NCBI GenBank assembly: GCA_949916125.1
Contig: CATLEJ010000001.1
Coordinates: forward strand, 1-60,214
DNA length: 60,214 nucleotides
Direction: 5' to 3'
From: an uncultured Oscillospiraceae bacterium
Lineage (GTDB): Bacteria; Bacillota; Clostridia; Oscillospirales; Oscillospiraceae
Positions within the stretch are counted from its first letter, which is position 1. The number at the start of each line of letters is the position of its first letter. The translations under genes were made by a program, and so were the position numbers. Shown here piece after piece: positions 9,183-20,432 of this stretch. The notes below the pieces were generated by a model, which worked only from the letters and a program-made list of their open reading frames with translations, was not told the DNA's origin and did no database searches.

Positions 9183-10115
9183 ATGAAACGTAAGATCATC
9201 CCCACCCTGCTGGCGCTGGCCCTCACCGCCGCGCTGGTGCCCGCCGCGTTCGCGGCTGTGCCGCCCACCCCCTGTTACCCCACGTCGGTGACCCGGAGCG
9301 AGGACGGCGCCCAGATCCGCAAGGTGTACGACCTGGGCCCCGAGGACGACCCCGCGGGCATCTCCCGCTCCGACTTCGAGCAGGAGAACTTCCACTATAC
9401 CCTCACCGATCTGCTGAAGCAGGAGGCCCCCGAGCGTGAGGAGCGGTTCCACACCGAGACGGTGACCCTGGACAGCAAGTCCAAGGACATGGAGTCCGTG
9501 CTGGCCCTGCTCCCCGCCCAGCGGGAGTTCACCACCGAGGACGGCCTCACCGGCACCCTGTCGCTGAAGCTGGACACCGTCAACGTGGAGGTGTCCGGCT
9601 ATGGCAGCTCCACCCGGCAGGTGTCCGCCACCCGCTCCTATCCCAACCTGGCGGGCCAGGACACCTCCTACATCCCCAAGGAGATCACCGACAACGGGCG
9701 CACCCTGGAGCTGGCCTCCATCGACTGGCAGACCGACAACACCGCCAACGAGGACGGCTATGCCGTGGCCGACCGCTACACCGCCATCGCCACCTACACC
9801 GGCAGCGCCACCAGCTCCTACATCAAGGGCTACGTGGTCACCGCCGACTACAGCGGCACCGTCAGCCGCATCGCCCTGAACAAGGTGCGCTATGTGGCCA
9901 TCTTCGAGGGTACGCCCCTGGTTCCCGTAGAACCTGATCCCACGCCTGAGCCCAGCGAGGAAGTGCGGGAGCCTGCCGCCCCCGTCCAATTCCACTGGGC
10001 CTACGTGCTGGTTCCCCTGGGCGTGGTCGCGGCCATCGGCGCTGGGGTAGGCGCGGCCCTGTTCATCAAGAAGCGCCGCGAGAGCGGCTATGAAACGGAG
10101 GAGGATAGCCAATGA
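9183..10115 (+). CDS. exported protein with signal peptide and C-terminal TM anchor + KKRR tail
   Basis: N-terminal MKRK-hydrophobic-AFA; Pro/Glu linker; C-terminal WAYVLVPLGVVAAIGAGVGAALFI-KKRR; no LPxTG. Confidence 0.85.
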   Translation: MKRKIIPTLLALALTAALVPAAFAAVPPTPCYPTSVTRSEDGAQIRKVYDLGPEDDPAGISRSDFEQENFHYTLTDLLKQEAPEREERFHTETVTLDSKSKDMESVLALLPAQREFTTEDGLTGTLSLKLDTVNVEVSGYGSSTRQVSATRSYPNLAGQDTSYIPKEITDNGRTLELASIDWQTDNTANEDGYAVADRYTAIATYTGSATSSYIKGYVVTADYSGTVSRIALNKVRYVAIFEGTPLVPVEPDPTPEPSEEVREPAAPVQFHWAYVLVPLGVVAAIGAGVGAALFIKKRRESGYETEEDSQ

Positions 10116-10939
10116 AGAAACTGAAAACCCTGATTTCCACCATGCTGTGCCTGTGTGCCGTGTGCGCGCTGGCGCTCCCTGCCCATGCGCTGGAGTATAA
10201 CATCAGCGCCCCCGGCAATCCGGAGTATGGGAAACCGACCTCTTTTGAGCCGGTGGTCACCGCCGACGGCGGGGCCATGAAGAACGAGGACGTGAGCAAG
10301 TCCGCCGCCCGGGTCCCGCCCGGGTTTGGGACACCCAGCAGCTATATGCTCAACACCGGCGAGTATCTCACCCCCAACCTGGTTCCTTCCCAGATGGCGG
10401 GGGCGGGTCAGGTGAATGGGAACGTGGCCGTGGTCACACCGCCTGTCTCCGAGGGCGTCCCCGGCAGCACGGGCAGCTATCCCATCACCGATACCAGCAC
10501 CACCACCCCCTCCACCACGCCGGGCTTCACCGAGGTCACCAGCGCCCTCTACTATAGCGACGGCAGCCTGGGCACGCTGAAGATCCCCTCCATCGGCCTC
10601 ATCGTCAAGGTGTTTGAAGGCACCGGCTCCGCTCCGCTGCTCAAGGGCGCGGGCCACTTTGAGGGCACCAGCATCTGGAACGGAAACTGCTGCATCGCTG
10701 GCCACAACCGGGGGGTGCGCAATGATTTCGGCAAAATCCACACGCTGAAAACCGGGGATATCATCACCTTCACCACCAAGCTGGGCGCCCGCACCTACGC
10801 GGTCACCGGGGTGGAAAAGGTCAGCGTCAACGATGTCAGCGGGCTGGAGCCCACCGCCGTCAACATGATCTCGCTGTACACCTGCGTCATGGATCAGCCC
10901 GCCTTCCGCTGGCACGTCACCGCCGTGGAAACTGTATAA
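10112..10939 (+). CDS. sortase (class D-like)
   Basis: LKIPSIGL, KGAGHF, IAGHNRG (His), ISLYTC (Cys), R in PAFRW. Confidence 0.9.
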   Translation: MKKLKTLISTMLCLCAVCALALPAHALEYNISAPGNPEYGKPTSFEPVVTADGGAMKNEDVSKSAARVPPGFGTPSSYMLNTGEYLTPNLVPSQMAGAGQVNGNVAVVTPPVSEGVPGSTGSYPITDTSTTTPSTTPGFTEVTSALYYSDGSLGTLKIPSIGLIVKVFEGTGSAPLLKGAGHFEGTSIWNGNCCIAGHNRGVRNDFGKIHTLKTGDIITFTTKLGARTYAVTGVEKVSVNDVSGLEPTAVNMISLYTCVMDQPAFRWHVTAVETV

Positions 10940-11063
10940 TATGCTTCGTTTTGGCCCTGCTTTTTCTCCATCATTTGCTTGAAAAAGTTGTGGATTTCTC
11001 CCTGGTTCTTCGGTATTGTGTTGCTTACCAAAGGCGCCATTAAAATCGAAGGGAGACCACATC

Positions 11064-11780
11064 ATGAGCAGGAAAAGAGAAGCGGTATTTATGGGCATCG
11101 GCATCCTGGCGGGCCTCGCCCTGAGCGGTTCCGCCAGCGCCGCCGTCCAGCAGCTCACCGCCAGCCCCACCACCCAGACCTTCTACGTGGACGGGCGGCA
11201 GGTACAGTTCGAAGCATATCAGATCCACGGCAACAATTTCGTCAAGCTCCGGGACATCGGGAAAGCGGTGGACTTCGGCGTTACCTATGACAGCGCCACC
11301 AACAGCGTCCACATCGATCCCGGTGCCCCCTACGTCGAGGAGGTGACCACCCCTGCACAAGCCACGTCCGCCCCCCAGACCGTCACCGAGGCAAGCGTAC
11401 AGGCTTCCCTGGAACGGCTGAAGCAGACCTACCCTACCGGCGCCGTATATCCCACCCCCTACCGCTCCACCAGCGGCGGGCCGTACAGCCGCGGCATCCA
11501 CTGCTCCGGCTGGGCCACCCTCTGTTCCGACGCCGCCTTCGGCAGCCTGCCATGGCGGCGGGTGGACAGGCCAGGCTGGGATCAGATCCGCCCCGGCGAC
11601 CTGGTGGAATACGAGAGCGCATCGTCCTACCATGTGGTGGTCGTGATCAGCAAAACGGACGAGTACATCAAAGTGACCGAGAGCGGCCTCAACAACCATG
11701 CCCGCTGGGGCGGGCAATACTTCCGCTGGTGGCTGGAGGAACAGCCCCGGTACATCCTGTACACGCGCTACTCAGACTGA
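11064..11780 (+). CDS. exported protein: copper-amine-oxidase-N/stalk-like domain + CHAP/NlpC-like C-terminal domain
   Basis: Signal peptide; NNFVKLRDIGKAVDFGVTYD; HCSGWA (Cys) and PGDLV...YHVVVV (His). Confidence 0.65.
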   Translation: MSRKREAVFMGIGILAGLALSGSASAAVQQLTASPTTQTFYVDGRQVQFEAYQIHGNNFVKLRDIGKAVDFGVTYDSATNSVHIDPGAPYVEEVTTPAQATSAPQTVTEASVQASLERLKQTYPTGAVYPTPYRSTSGGPYSRGIHCSGWATLCSDAAFGSLPWRRVDRPGWDQIRPGDLVEYESASSYHVVVVISKTDEYIKVTESGLNNHARWGGQYFRWWLEEQPRYILYTRYSD

Positions 11781-11886
11781 ACACCTTACAATAAAATGGC
11801 CGGACTGCAACAGCAGTCCTCCTCCCCGGGGGGGAAGGCCGGGCTGCTTATGCGGCCCGGCCTTCCCATTTCGAGGAGGAATCGCT

Positions 11887-14800
11887 TTGAAAAACAAGAT
11901 CGTCACCCGGGCCCTGAGCCTTCTCCTGGCCCTGGTGTGCATCATGGGCGTCCTGCCCCTGTCTGCCTTCGCCGCCGCGGGACTGTCCAGCGCCCCCGGC
12001 TCCATCACGCAGAAGTCTTCGGACTACATGAAGATCGGCGGGCGCTCTGTCCGCTACCAGGCGGCCAGCAGCGTCATCAACAACGTGGGCCTGCCCTATG
12101 TCTTTGACGAGCAGGTGGATGTTCCGGGTTTTGGCCCCACCCGCGCCCTGTGCGCCTATCAGAAGGGCACCCTTGGCCCCGGGGCCAACGGCCAGACATG
12201 GAATTTCAAGGAGGAAGTGAACAGCGAATCGCTGCGGGTGCTGCTCACCTACATCTACGCCCACACCTACGGCAATTTCACCGACGCGGGCAACGCCCGG
12301 GGACTGGAGCATTGGGGCCAGTATTGGTCCGACATCTGGTTCCTGGTGGCCCAGGCGGGGAGCTGGCTCTATGAACACGGGGTCATCCTGGACGTGAACA
12401 GCAACCGGGAGGGCTTCATCGAGCAAATGGCGGAGGAGTTTGTCGCGGCCATGAAACTGTACCACCGCACCTATGGCCAATCCTCCTGGATCAAGGATTG
12501 GGACGCCATCAATACCCACAGTATCATAGACAGCTCCGACGGCGGCAAGACCGGCTACTCCGCCTATGACTATGTTGCCACCGGGGTGAATTTGGTGCTG
12601 GATCACCCCGAGTATTACCGCAGCTACCGCCTGTGGATCTACGAGTGGGACAAATCCCAGCCCTGGAAGCTGGCGGGCCAGTCCGGGGTGCCCGTGCAGC
12701 GGCTTTTGATCGCCGTACCCGGGGAGCCCGACGAGGAATCTGTAAAGCTCACCGTGAAGAAGCTGGAGGCGGGTTCCAACAAGCCCCTGCCCGGGGTCAC
12801 CTTCAAGGTGGAGAGCGCGGACGGCTCCGGGGACTACTCCGTCACCCGTCAGACCGGCGCGGACGGCACCTTTACCCTGACCTCCGAGGCGGACGACCTG
12901 TCCGCGGGCCAGTTCACCATCACGGAGGAGGCCGTGCCGGAGGGCTACGTGGCCCAGACCGCCTCCCAGACGGTGACGGTGATGCCCAATAGCTCCACCT
13001 CCAACACGTTTGTGTTTTACAACCAGCCCGACAAGAAAGAGGGTGACGGCTCTATCCGCAAGGTGGACGCGGACAACCCCACCGTGGGCATCCCCGGCGC
13101 GGTCATCCGCATCACCAGCGTCAAGCTGGATGACGGCGGCAGCTACTTTGGGGAGTTCGTCACCAAGGACGGCGGATATATCCTCAAAGAGGATCTGGAT
13201 TTCTCCAAGCTCCCCAAGGGCAGTTATCTCGCGGAGGAGATCACCCCGCCCCAGGGCTTCATCCTCAGCTCCGATGTCTCCAAGGTTCGCCAGCCCTTCG
13301 TGTGGGATGGGGAGCATGATGTAAGCCTCGTCTTTGAAAATTCCAGCAAGGTCAAGGTCGTTTTGAAGAAGGTGGATGAGAGCGGCAGCCCCCTGGCTGG
13401 CGCTGTTTTTCTTGTCCTTCGGGACGGGCAGATCATCTCCACCGAGGCGACCCAGGGGGATGGGACCATCACCGTGTCCAATATCACCGAAGGCCACTAT
13501 GAATTTGTTGAGGTGTCAGCTCCGGAGGGCCTGGACTGTGACCGCTCCCCGGTGGGCGTCCATGTGAACGCCGAGGATTTGCAGGGCGAACAGACCATTG
13601 TGGTCACCAAGGTCAACCACCACAAGCGATCCCTCACGATCACCAAGCGGGACGCGGAGAGCGGCGATCCCATCCCCAACACCTCCTTCCACATCCGGGG
13701 CATCAACATCGGCTATGAAAACGATGTGGTGACAGGTTCGGACGGGAAAGTGGTGCTGGAGGCCATGCCCAGCGGCTGCTTTGAAATCGAGGAAACCGCA
13801 GTTCCCTCCCCCTGGATCCTGGACGCCAACAATCGCAAGACCGTCTGGATCGACGCATCCAAGGATAAAGATATCACTGTGGATTTTGTCAACAGCACCC
13901 GCCCCGGCATTCGGATCCTGAAGCTGGACGGGCAGACTGGGAAGCCCATCGCCGGGGTCACCTTCCTGATTGAGGAGGTCAACGGCGGCTTCTCGGATCG
14001 CCGCCAGACCGACCAGGACGGCCTGATCGTGCTGGAGGGCAAGGACGGCGTCCGGCCCGGCGCCTATCAAATTTCCGAGGTGGAGGCGGCCCCCAATTAC
14101 GTGCTGGATGATACCGTCCACGTCGTCCAGCTGGAAGAAAACCGCACCACCACCCTTGAGCTGACCAACCTGGTCAAGCCCACCCTCAAAATTTTGAAGG
14201 TGGACAGCATCACAAAGAATCCCGTGGCCCACGCCAAGTTCCAGATCTGGCGGGCCTCCGGCGACACCAAAACCGGGGACTACAACGATCTGGGAACCTT
14301 CTACTCCAACGAGGCGGGTGAGATCGTCCTGGAGCATACCGAACCAGGATGGTTCAAAATTTCCGAGCTGGAAGCCCCCTCGGGCTACTCCATCAAGCAG
14401 GCGGACTACGAGTTTTATCTGGCCGCGGGCGAGGTCAAGACCGTCCAGGTGGAGAACATCCCCCTCTCGGCCCTCGTGGTGTATAAATATGACCGGGTCA
14501 CCGGGGAGCCGGTTGAGGGCGCCATTTTCCAGGTCAAGTACCTGTCCGGTACCTCCGGCACGGGCGGTACCGTCATCGGCACCTACCGCACACTGAAAAA
14601 TGGTTCCTTCACCGTCACCGGCCTCCAGGCCGGCGCCTATGTCGTGGAGGAACTGGCCAGCGACAGCGGTCACATCGTGGACGCCGCGCCCCAGACCGCC
14701 TACATCTCCGGCAAGCAGCAGGACGTGGTGCAGCTCTATTTCGGCAACAGCCCCAAGTCCTCCCTCCTGATCTCGAAGGTGGACGCGAATGACGGTTCTC

Positions 14801-15963
14801 CGTTGAGTGACGTGGAGTTTTTGGTCACTACCTCGGACGGCACCCTGGTGGGTAATGCCAACGGGAAGTACGTGACGGACAGCACGGGAACCATCCTGAT
14901 CGAGAACCTCGACCCTAATCTGACACTGGTGGTGAAGGAAACCCGCAGCAAGCCCAATTATATTTTGGACGATGTACCTCAGACCATCAAAACGAAGCCT
15001 GGGGAAACGGTGAAGCTGGAATTCAGGAACAAAAAGCAGGGAAATCTCGTGATCCACAAGCTGTCCAGCGCCGACAAGAGCCCCATTGAGGGCGCCCAGT
15101 TCAAGATCACCTATGCGGACGGGAAAGTGGTGGACGCGGCAGGCGGCCAGCTTTCCTCCAACGGGCTGTATACCTCCAATAAGGAGGGGCAGATCGTCCT
15201 TTCCAACGTCACTGGCACCATCATCTGCACGGAGGTGTCCAGTGCGCCCGGATTCGCCATTGACCCCGAGACCCGCACCCAGACCATCGTTGTCAACCCC
15301 GGCGACGACACCCAAAGTCTCTACTTCTACAACACCCCTCTCTGCTCCCTCACCCTCTCCAAGGTGGATTCGGTCACGGGGAAGCCCATCCCCAACACCA
15401 CCTTCACGGTGAAGTACGCCAGCGGCGAGCTGATCGGGCGCTACACCACCGGGAAGGACGGGACGGTCACGGTGTCCGGCCTCCTGCCCGGTTCCACGGT
15501 GGTGGTGACTGAATACAAGGTGCCCGACACCCACGTCCTCAACACCACGCCGCAGACGATCACCCTTAAAAGCGGCACCAATACCGTGACCAGCGGAGCG
15601 GTCAGCGGCGGCACAGGCGGCGGCAACAATCTGGATTTTGAGGATGATCCCAAGATGACTCTCACGATCCGCAAGTACATCAAGGGAACCGCCCGGGAGC
15701 CGTTGGCCGGGGTGTGCTTCAAGGTGACCGAGGGCTCCGGCGCCCCTGTCGGCCCCGGCGACGGCACCTATTACACCAATTCCGCAGGTGAGATCGTGAT
15801 CGAGGGCCTGGAGCCCGGTATCACCGTGACCGCGCGTGAAATTTCCACGGTGGAGGGGTTCGTGCTGGACGGCGAGCCCAAAACGGTGAAGATCCAGGCG
15901 GGGAAGCAGTCCCCTGAGCTGATCTTCTGGAACGAAAGGGCCGGTTCCCTCGTCATCCAAAAA
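11887..15963 (+). CDS. large SpaA/CnaB-repeat surface adhesin, exon 1 (spliced product about 1913 aa)
   Basis: GAGGAGGA SD + TTG start, signal peptide, many KxD...PL.GA.F...T..DG...L.PG.Y...E..AP.GY prealbumin-like repeats; exon ends ...ATC CAA AAA. Confidence 0.9.
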
Positions 15964-18699
15964 GCGCGCTTTGTTCCTTGACAATCTGCGTAGAAATACG
16001 CAATAAAACAAGGCAGATTTTGCAAGAAATCTGAACTCTATGCTTGATTGGGCAGGGGAAGTACCTGCTAACCCCGGTGTGACGGGAAATCAAAACTCTA
16101 ATACTCCGACGTGCACTCATAGTGCCTTATGGGATGTACGAAGCTCGGTGAAGAGCGGAGGCGGTATCTGAGACGGTATCGCGCCGCGGGAGGCTATAAA
16201 TCGGTCATGTCCAGAATGTTTTGTTGCAACCGACGTAATCTTGAGTGTACGGCTCGTAAATGACGGGGTGATGATACAGCCACCCTCTCCCATGTGGAGT
16301 GCTGCCGCCGTTGAAATTTTTTCTGGTGGAAAACGGCAGAAAACCAGTACAGGTCGAATGTCTCTGGCAGAATATCACACAAGTCAGAGATGGCAGCCGG
16401 GCTATAGAGATGGGCTAAAACCGATATGTAAAGCTAAAGCGTAGGGAACAAAGGAACCATGGACGGCACTTCTTTATGAAGTAAGTGGAGTGGCACCTCC
16501 GCCGCGCGGGTAGGAAATGACCCGCTAATCCATGGGGCAGCAGCCCGTAGTAGTGATGATCCCCGCAATAATAAGGCGGGGGGAGCGAAGGGGCATAGTC
16601 AGTGCAGATTCGTATGTGAACAGAAAGTCGAGGAAGCCGTAGGCATACCTGACTAACACCAGAAACACCAAATCCAGAGAGGAGGCGGTGCGTATGGCAC
16701 AACAATTCGACTACCCAAAAACCGAAACAGCACTGCGCGAAATCCAGGACAAGCTGTATCAGCACAGCAAGGAGGCCCATGACGCCGGCAATCGCCCTGC
16801 GTTCAAAGGACTTCTGGAAATTATGTCAGCAGAAGCAACCATTATCACCGCAATTCACAATATCAAAAGCAACCGAGGCAGTGAAACTCCCGGCGTGGAT
16901 TTCAAAACCATGAGAAAGGATTATCTGCAACGCTCACATTCGTGGGTAATCAGAGATATCCAAAGCGCGTTCAGACACTTTGAACCGCAGAGAATACGCC
17001 GGGTGTACATCGACAAACCGGGAAAAGCCGAAAAACGTCCGCTGGGGATTCCCACAATACGGGACAGAATCGTACAGGAATGTATGCGAATTGTGTTGGA
17101 ACCAATATTAGAAGCACAGTTCTTTGCTCACTCCTATGGGTTTCGGCCCATGCGGGACACGGCTATGGCACTGGAGCGTATTAACTCCCTTACACACAGC
17201 ACAGGTTATCACTGGATTGTTGAGGGCGATATCAGCAAATGCTTTGACCGCATTGACCACACCATCCTTCTTAAACGTCTCTATCATATGGGGATAAAGG
17301 ATAGGCGGGTACTGCAAATCATCAAGGCCATGCTGAAGGCCGGGGTTATGGACGAGTGCGAAGTAAACGGGGAAGGGACGCCACAGGGTGGGCTAATCAG
17401 TCCTCTGTTGGCAAACACCTACCTGGATATTATGGACGAATGGGCCTCCCAGCAATGGGAGAGGAAGCGAACGAGGTATCAATACGCCCAGCCACAAAAG
17501 CGGTTATTCTCATTGCGCAAGACTGCTTTGATTCCAGGATTTCTTGTTCGTTACGCCGACGATTTTGTCATCATAACAGACACATGCGCCCATGCCGAAA
17601 ACTGGAAAGCCCGGTTGCAAACCTTTCTCCACAGCAAAATGAAGCTGACATTATCCACAGAAAAAACGCTGATAACAGATGTTCGCAAAAAGTACATCAA
17701 ATTCCTGGGGTACGAATTTAAGCAAGTTCCGGGGAAAGCACAGAAAGGCTACGTGGCAAGGTCTATACCAGACAGAGCCAGATTAAAACGGAAGGTTGAC
17801 CAAATCGCGGAGGAAATCAAAAATATCCCGGAATGCTACAGCCGGGAGCAGTTGATTGGCGAAATAAACCGAATCAACAGCAAAGTACGAGGGATTATCC
17901 AATATAACCAATGTTGTACATGGGTAAGCGTCGCTATGGATAAATATGGCAGACGGCTTCAGCTTGCGGCAATGCGCCGTTTGAAGCAGTACAACGGGAA
18001 GTGGATTCCAGCAAATCAAACGCAAAATCTTCCCCGTATCCACCAACAGTATAAGCAAAAGATTCCCTCAGTGAAATACCGCGATATTTATATTGGCTTC
18101 ACCTCGCTCACCTTTTGCAGGTGGGAAAGGACGTACTCTAAAAACCAGGCTGAGACCCCCTACACCGAGAACGGGAGACAAGCATATTTCCAGCGCACGA
18201 AAAAGAAGCGCATCAATGCGCGGCTTGATGAAATGTACCCCGACAAAGCGGTAAGGGCCGCCAGCCATGGACAGTGGGGAAAACTCAATAATTTCGAGCT
18301 CATCATGAACAGGGCTTACGCCCTTAATCGTGACAAACTCAGGTGTCGCGTTTGTGGCGGATGGCTGATTTCAGCCACGCCATGGGCACACCGCGTTAAC
18401 CCTAATCTTCCACTGGACAAGGTAAACCGCGTCAATAATCTGGTTTCGCTCCATAAGAAATGCTTCGATGCAGTCAATAACCCCAACTACGACCTCAGTG
18501 AATTTGATGAAAAAGCACGAAAGAAAGTTATCGGTTACAGGGAAAAACTGGTTCCTTCACATACACGCAACAATAAATCTGCATTGATGGAGCGCCGTGT
18601 GCGGTGAAAGTCGCATGCACGGTGCGAAGCGGGGGAAAATCCGCTCTGACTGCTGTTCTCTTATGAGAACGGTAAAAGCGGCGGATTACCTATCGCTAT
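15964..18699 (+). mobile_element. group II intron (2736 nt) in adhesin gene
   Basis: 5' GCGCG, 3' ...GCTAT, DV/DVI at about 18592-18699. Removal gives in-frame LVIQK|KNSLDGSPLAGVQFQLTYADG, matching the neighbouring repeat LVIHKLSSADKSPIEGAQFKITYADG. Confidence 0.93.
16688..18607 (+). CDS. ltrA: group II intron reverse transcriptase/maturase with degenerate HNH-like C-terminus
   Basis: RPLGIPTIRDR, SYGFRP, GTPQGGLISP, RYADD; CRVC...H...NNL. Confidence 0.95.
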   Translation: MRMAQQFDYPKTETALREIQDKLYQHSKEAHDAGNRPAFKGLLEIMSAEATIITAIHNIKSNRGSETPGVDFKTMRKDYLQRSHSWVIRDIQSAFRHFEPQRIRRVYIDKPGKAEKRPLGIPTIRDRIVQECMRIVLEPILEAQFFAHSYGFRPMRDTAMALERINSLTHSTGYHWIVEGDISKCFDRIDHTILLKRLYHMGIKDRRVLQIIKAMLKAGVMDECEVNGEGTPQGGLISPLLANTYLDIMDEWASQQWERKRTRYQYAQPQKRLFSLRKTALIPGFLVRYADDFVIITDTCAHAENWKARLQTFLHSKMKLTLSTEKTLITDVRKKYIKFLGYEFKQVPGKAQKGYVARSIPDRARLKRKVDQIAEEIKNIPECYSREQLIGEINRINSKVRGIIQYNQCCTWVSVAMDKYGRRLQLAAMRRLKQYNGKWIPANQTQNLPRIHQQYKQKIPSVKYRDIYIGFTSLTFCRWERTYSKNQAETPYTENGRQAYFQRTKKKRINARLDEMYPDKAVRAASHGQWGKLNNFELIMNRAYALNRDKLRCRVCGGWLISATPWAHRVNPNLPLDKVNRVNNLVSLHKKCFDAVNNPNYDLSEFDEKARKKVIGYREKLVPSHTRNNKSALMERRVR

Positions 18700-20364
18700 A
18701 AGAACAGCCTGGATGGCAGCCCGCTGGCCGGGGTGCAGTTCCAACTCACCTATGCGGACGGCTCCTATGTTGACTACGACAACGGTCACATGAGCAGTAA
18801 GGGTCTGTATGAGACGGACTCCTCGGGCGAAATTCGGATCACCGGGCTCACAGGCACCGTCATCGCCAAGGAGACAAAATGCCTCCCAGGATTTACCATT
18901 GACCCGGGGAACCAGGAGCAGGTGGTCACGATCCGGCCCGACGACTGCCAGACGCTGGTTTTTTACAACACGCCTGTCGGAAATTTCGAGCTGGTCAAGG
19001 TGGTGGAGGGGAACGAAAGCAAGCGCATCCCCAACGTGACCTTTGAGATCCGGCGCGCCTCGGATGGCGGGCTGGTGGATACCATCACCACCGGCAGCGA
19101 TGGCCGGGTCAGCCTTCAGCTGGACGCGGGCAATTACTACGCGGTGGAAACCGAGTGCCCCAAGGAGTTCAAGCTGGATCCCACCCCCCACTATTTCACC
19201 ATGCGGGACGGCGGCAAGGGCACCACCCTGACGGTGAAAAACAAGGCTTTTGCGGGCATTTTGATCCACAAAACCGGTTCTGTCACCGGCAAGGGCATCC
19301 AGGGCGTGAGCTTCCTGCTCTATGACGCCGCCAACAACCCCATTGGGCAGTACACCTCCGACGACAGGGGCTACGTCTATATCGAGGGCCTCACGGACGG
19401 CGGGCGCTACTACCTGCGGGAGCTGGACAATGAGGGGTATGTCCCGGACACCCAGCGCAAGACCGTCTACGTCAAAGCGGGTGAAACCACGCTGGTGGAG
19501 TGGCAGAATACCCCGATCACAGGTCAGATCCAGATCAAAAAGACCTCCGAGGACTACAATTCTATGAACGGCTGGCCCGCGGGCACCCCCATCCCCGGCA
19601 CGGAGTTCGAGATCTACCACTACCGCACCGGCAACCTGGTGGACACCGTCCGAACGGACAAAAATGGTGTTGCCGTGTCCAAGCCCTTGCCTTTGGGCCG
19701 CTATAAAATTGTGGAATCCAAGGCGGCGGACTTTTACGGCTTGGACAAGACGCCCATCGAGGCGGAGATCGAACACGCCGGGCAGATTGTGAAGGTGGCC
19801 ATGACCAACAAGGCCCTGTCCACCAACGTGTCCATCAAAAAGACCGGCTACGCCGAGGTGATGCCGGGCCAGGACATCCGCTATACCTTCTCCGAGATCG
19901 GCAACAATTCCACCACCGCGCTCACCTCCTTCTATTGGAGGGATACGCTGCCTGTAAATGCCGTCCGGCTCAACCGCATCTTCACCGGCACCTACAACGC
20001 CCCCGGCAATTATAAGGTGGTGTATAAGACCAACCTGAGCAATGGCGAGTACCGCACCATGTACGACAACCTGAGTACCGCCAAGAACTACACCCTGGAC
20101 GCCTCCCCGGTGGCGCTGGGGCTGGCTTCCAACGAGTACGTCACCGAGTTTATGCTGGTGTTCGGGGTGGTTCCCGCCAATTTCCGCCAGGTGGAGGCCC
20201 CCAAGGTGGACTGCAAGGTGCTGTCCACGGTGAAGGGCGGCAGCAGCTTCACCAACGCCGCCGACGTGGGCGGCGTGTACAACGGCCAGTGGATCCAGGC
20301 GGTGACCCGCTGGACCACCAAGATCTACGGCAAGCCCCCCAAGCTGCCCACCACCGGCTATTGA
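18700..20364 (+). CDS. adhesin exon 2, ending KLPTTGY*
   Basis: In frame with exon 1 after splicing; further SpaA-like repeats. Confidence 0.9.
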   Translation, partial: KNSLDGSPLAGVQFQLTYADGSYVDYDNGHMSSKGLYETDSSGEIRITGLTGTVIAKETKCLPGFTIDPGNQEQVVTIRPDDCQTLVFYNTPVGNFELVKVVEGNESKRIPNVTFEIRRASDGGLVDTITTGSDGRVSLQLDAGNYYAVETECPKEFKLDPTPHYFTMRDGGKGTTLTVKNKAFAGILIHKTGSVTGKGIQGVSFLLYDAANNPIGQYTSDDRGYVYIEGLTDGGRYYLRELDNEGYVPDTQRKTVYVKAGETTLVEWQNTPITGQIQIKKTSEDYNSMNGWPAGTPIPGTEFEIYHYRTGNLVDTVRTDKNGVAVSKPLPLGRYKIVESKAADFYGLDKTPIEAEIEHAGQIVKVAMTNKALSTNVSIKKTGYAEVMPGQDIRYTFSEIGNNSTTALTSFYWRDTLPVNAVRLNRIFTGTYNAPGNYKVVYKTNLSNGEYRTMYDNLSTAKNYTLDASPVALGLASNEYVTEFMLVFGVVPANFRQVEAPKVDCKVLSTVKGGSSFTNAADVGGVYNGQWIQAVTRWTTKIYGKPPKLPTTGY

Positions 20365-20380
20365 GTCCAGAAACGAAAAA

Positions 20381-20410
20381 TGGAGGGTCACCCGTTTGGG
20401 TGGCCCTCCA
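20381..20410 (+). terminator. stem-loop after adhesin gene
   Basis: TGGAGGGTCACCC-gttt-GGGTGGCCCTCCA; no clear T-run. Confidence 0.5.
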
Positions 20411-20432
20411 ACTACAATAGGAGGAAAACAAT

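Noticed and set aside
11698-11886. Upstream extension of the adhesin ORF given in the ORF track
   Set aside because: It overlaps the previous gene and hairpins; the SD and signal peptide place the start at TTG 11887.
11848-20391. Long minus-strand ORFs (e.g. 11848-13497, 13516-16011, 18661-20391) and similar ones elsewhere
   Set aside because: These are antisense shadows of GC-rich coding genes with no motifs or SD.
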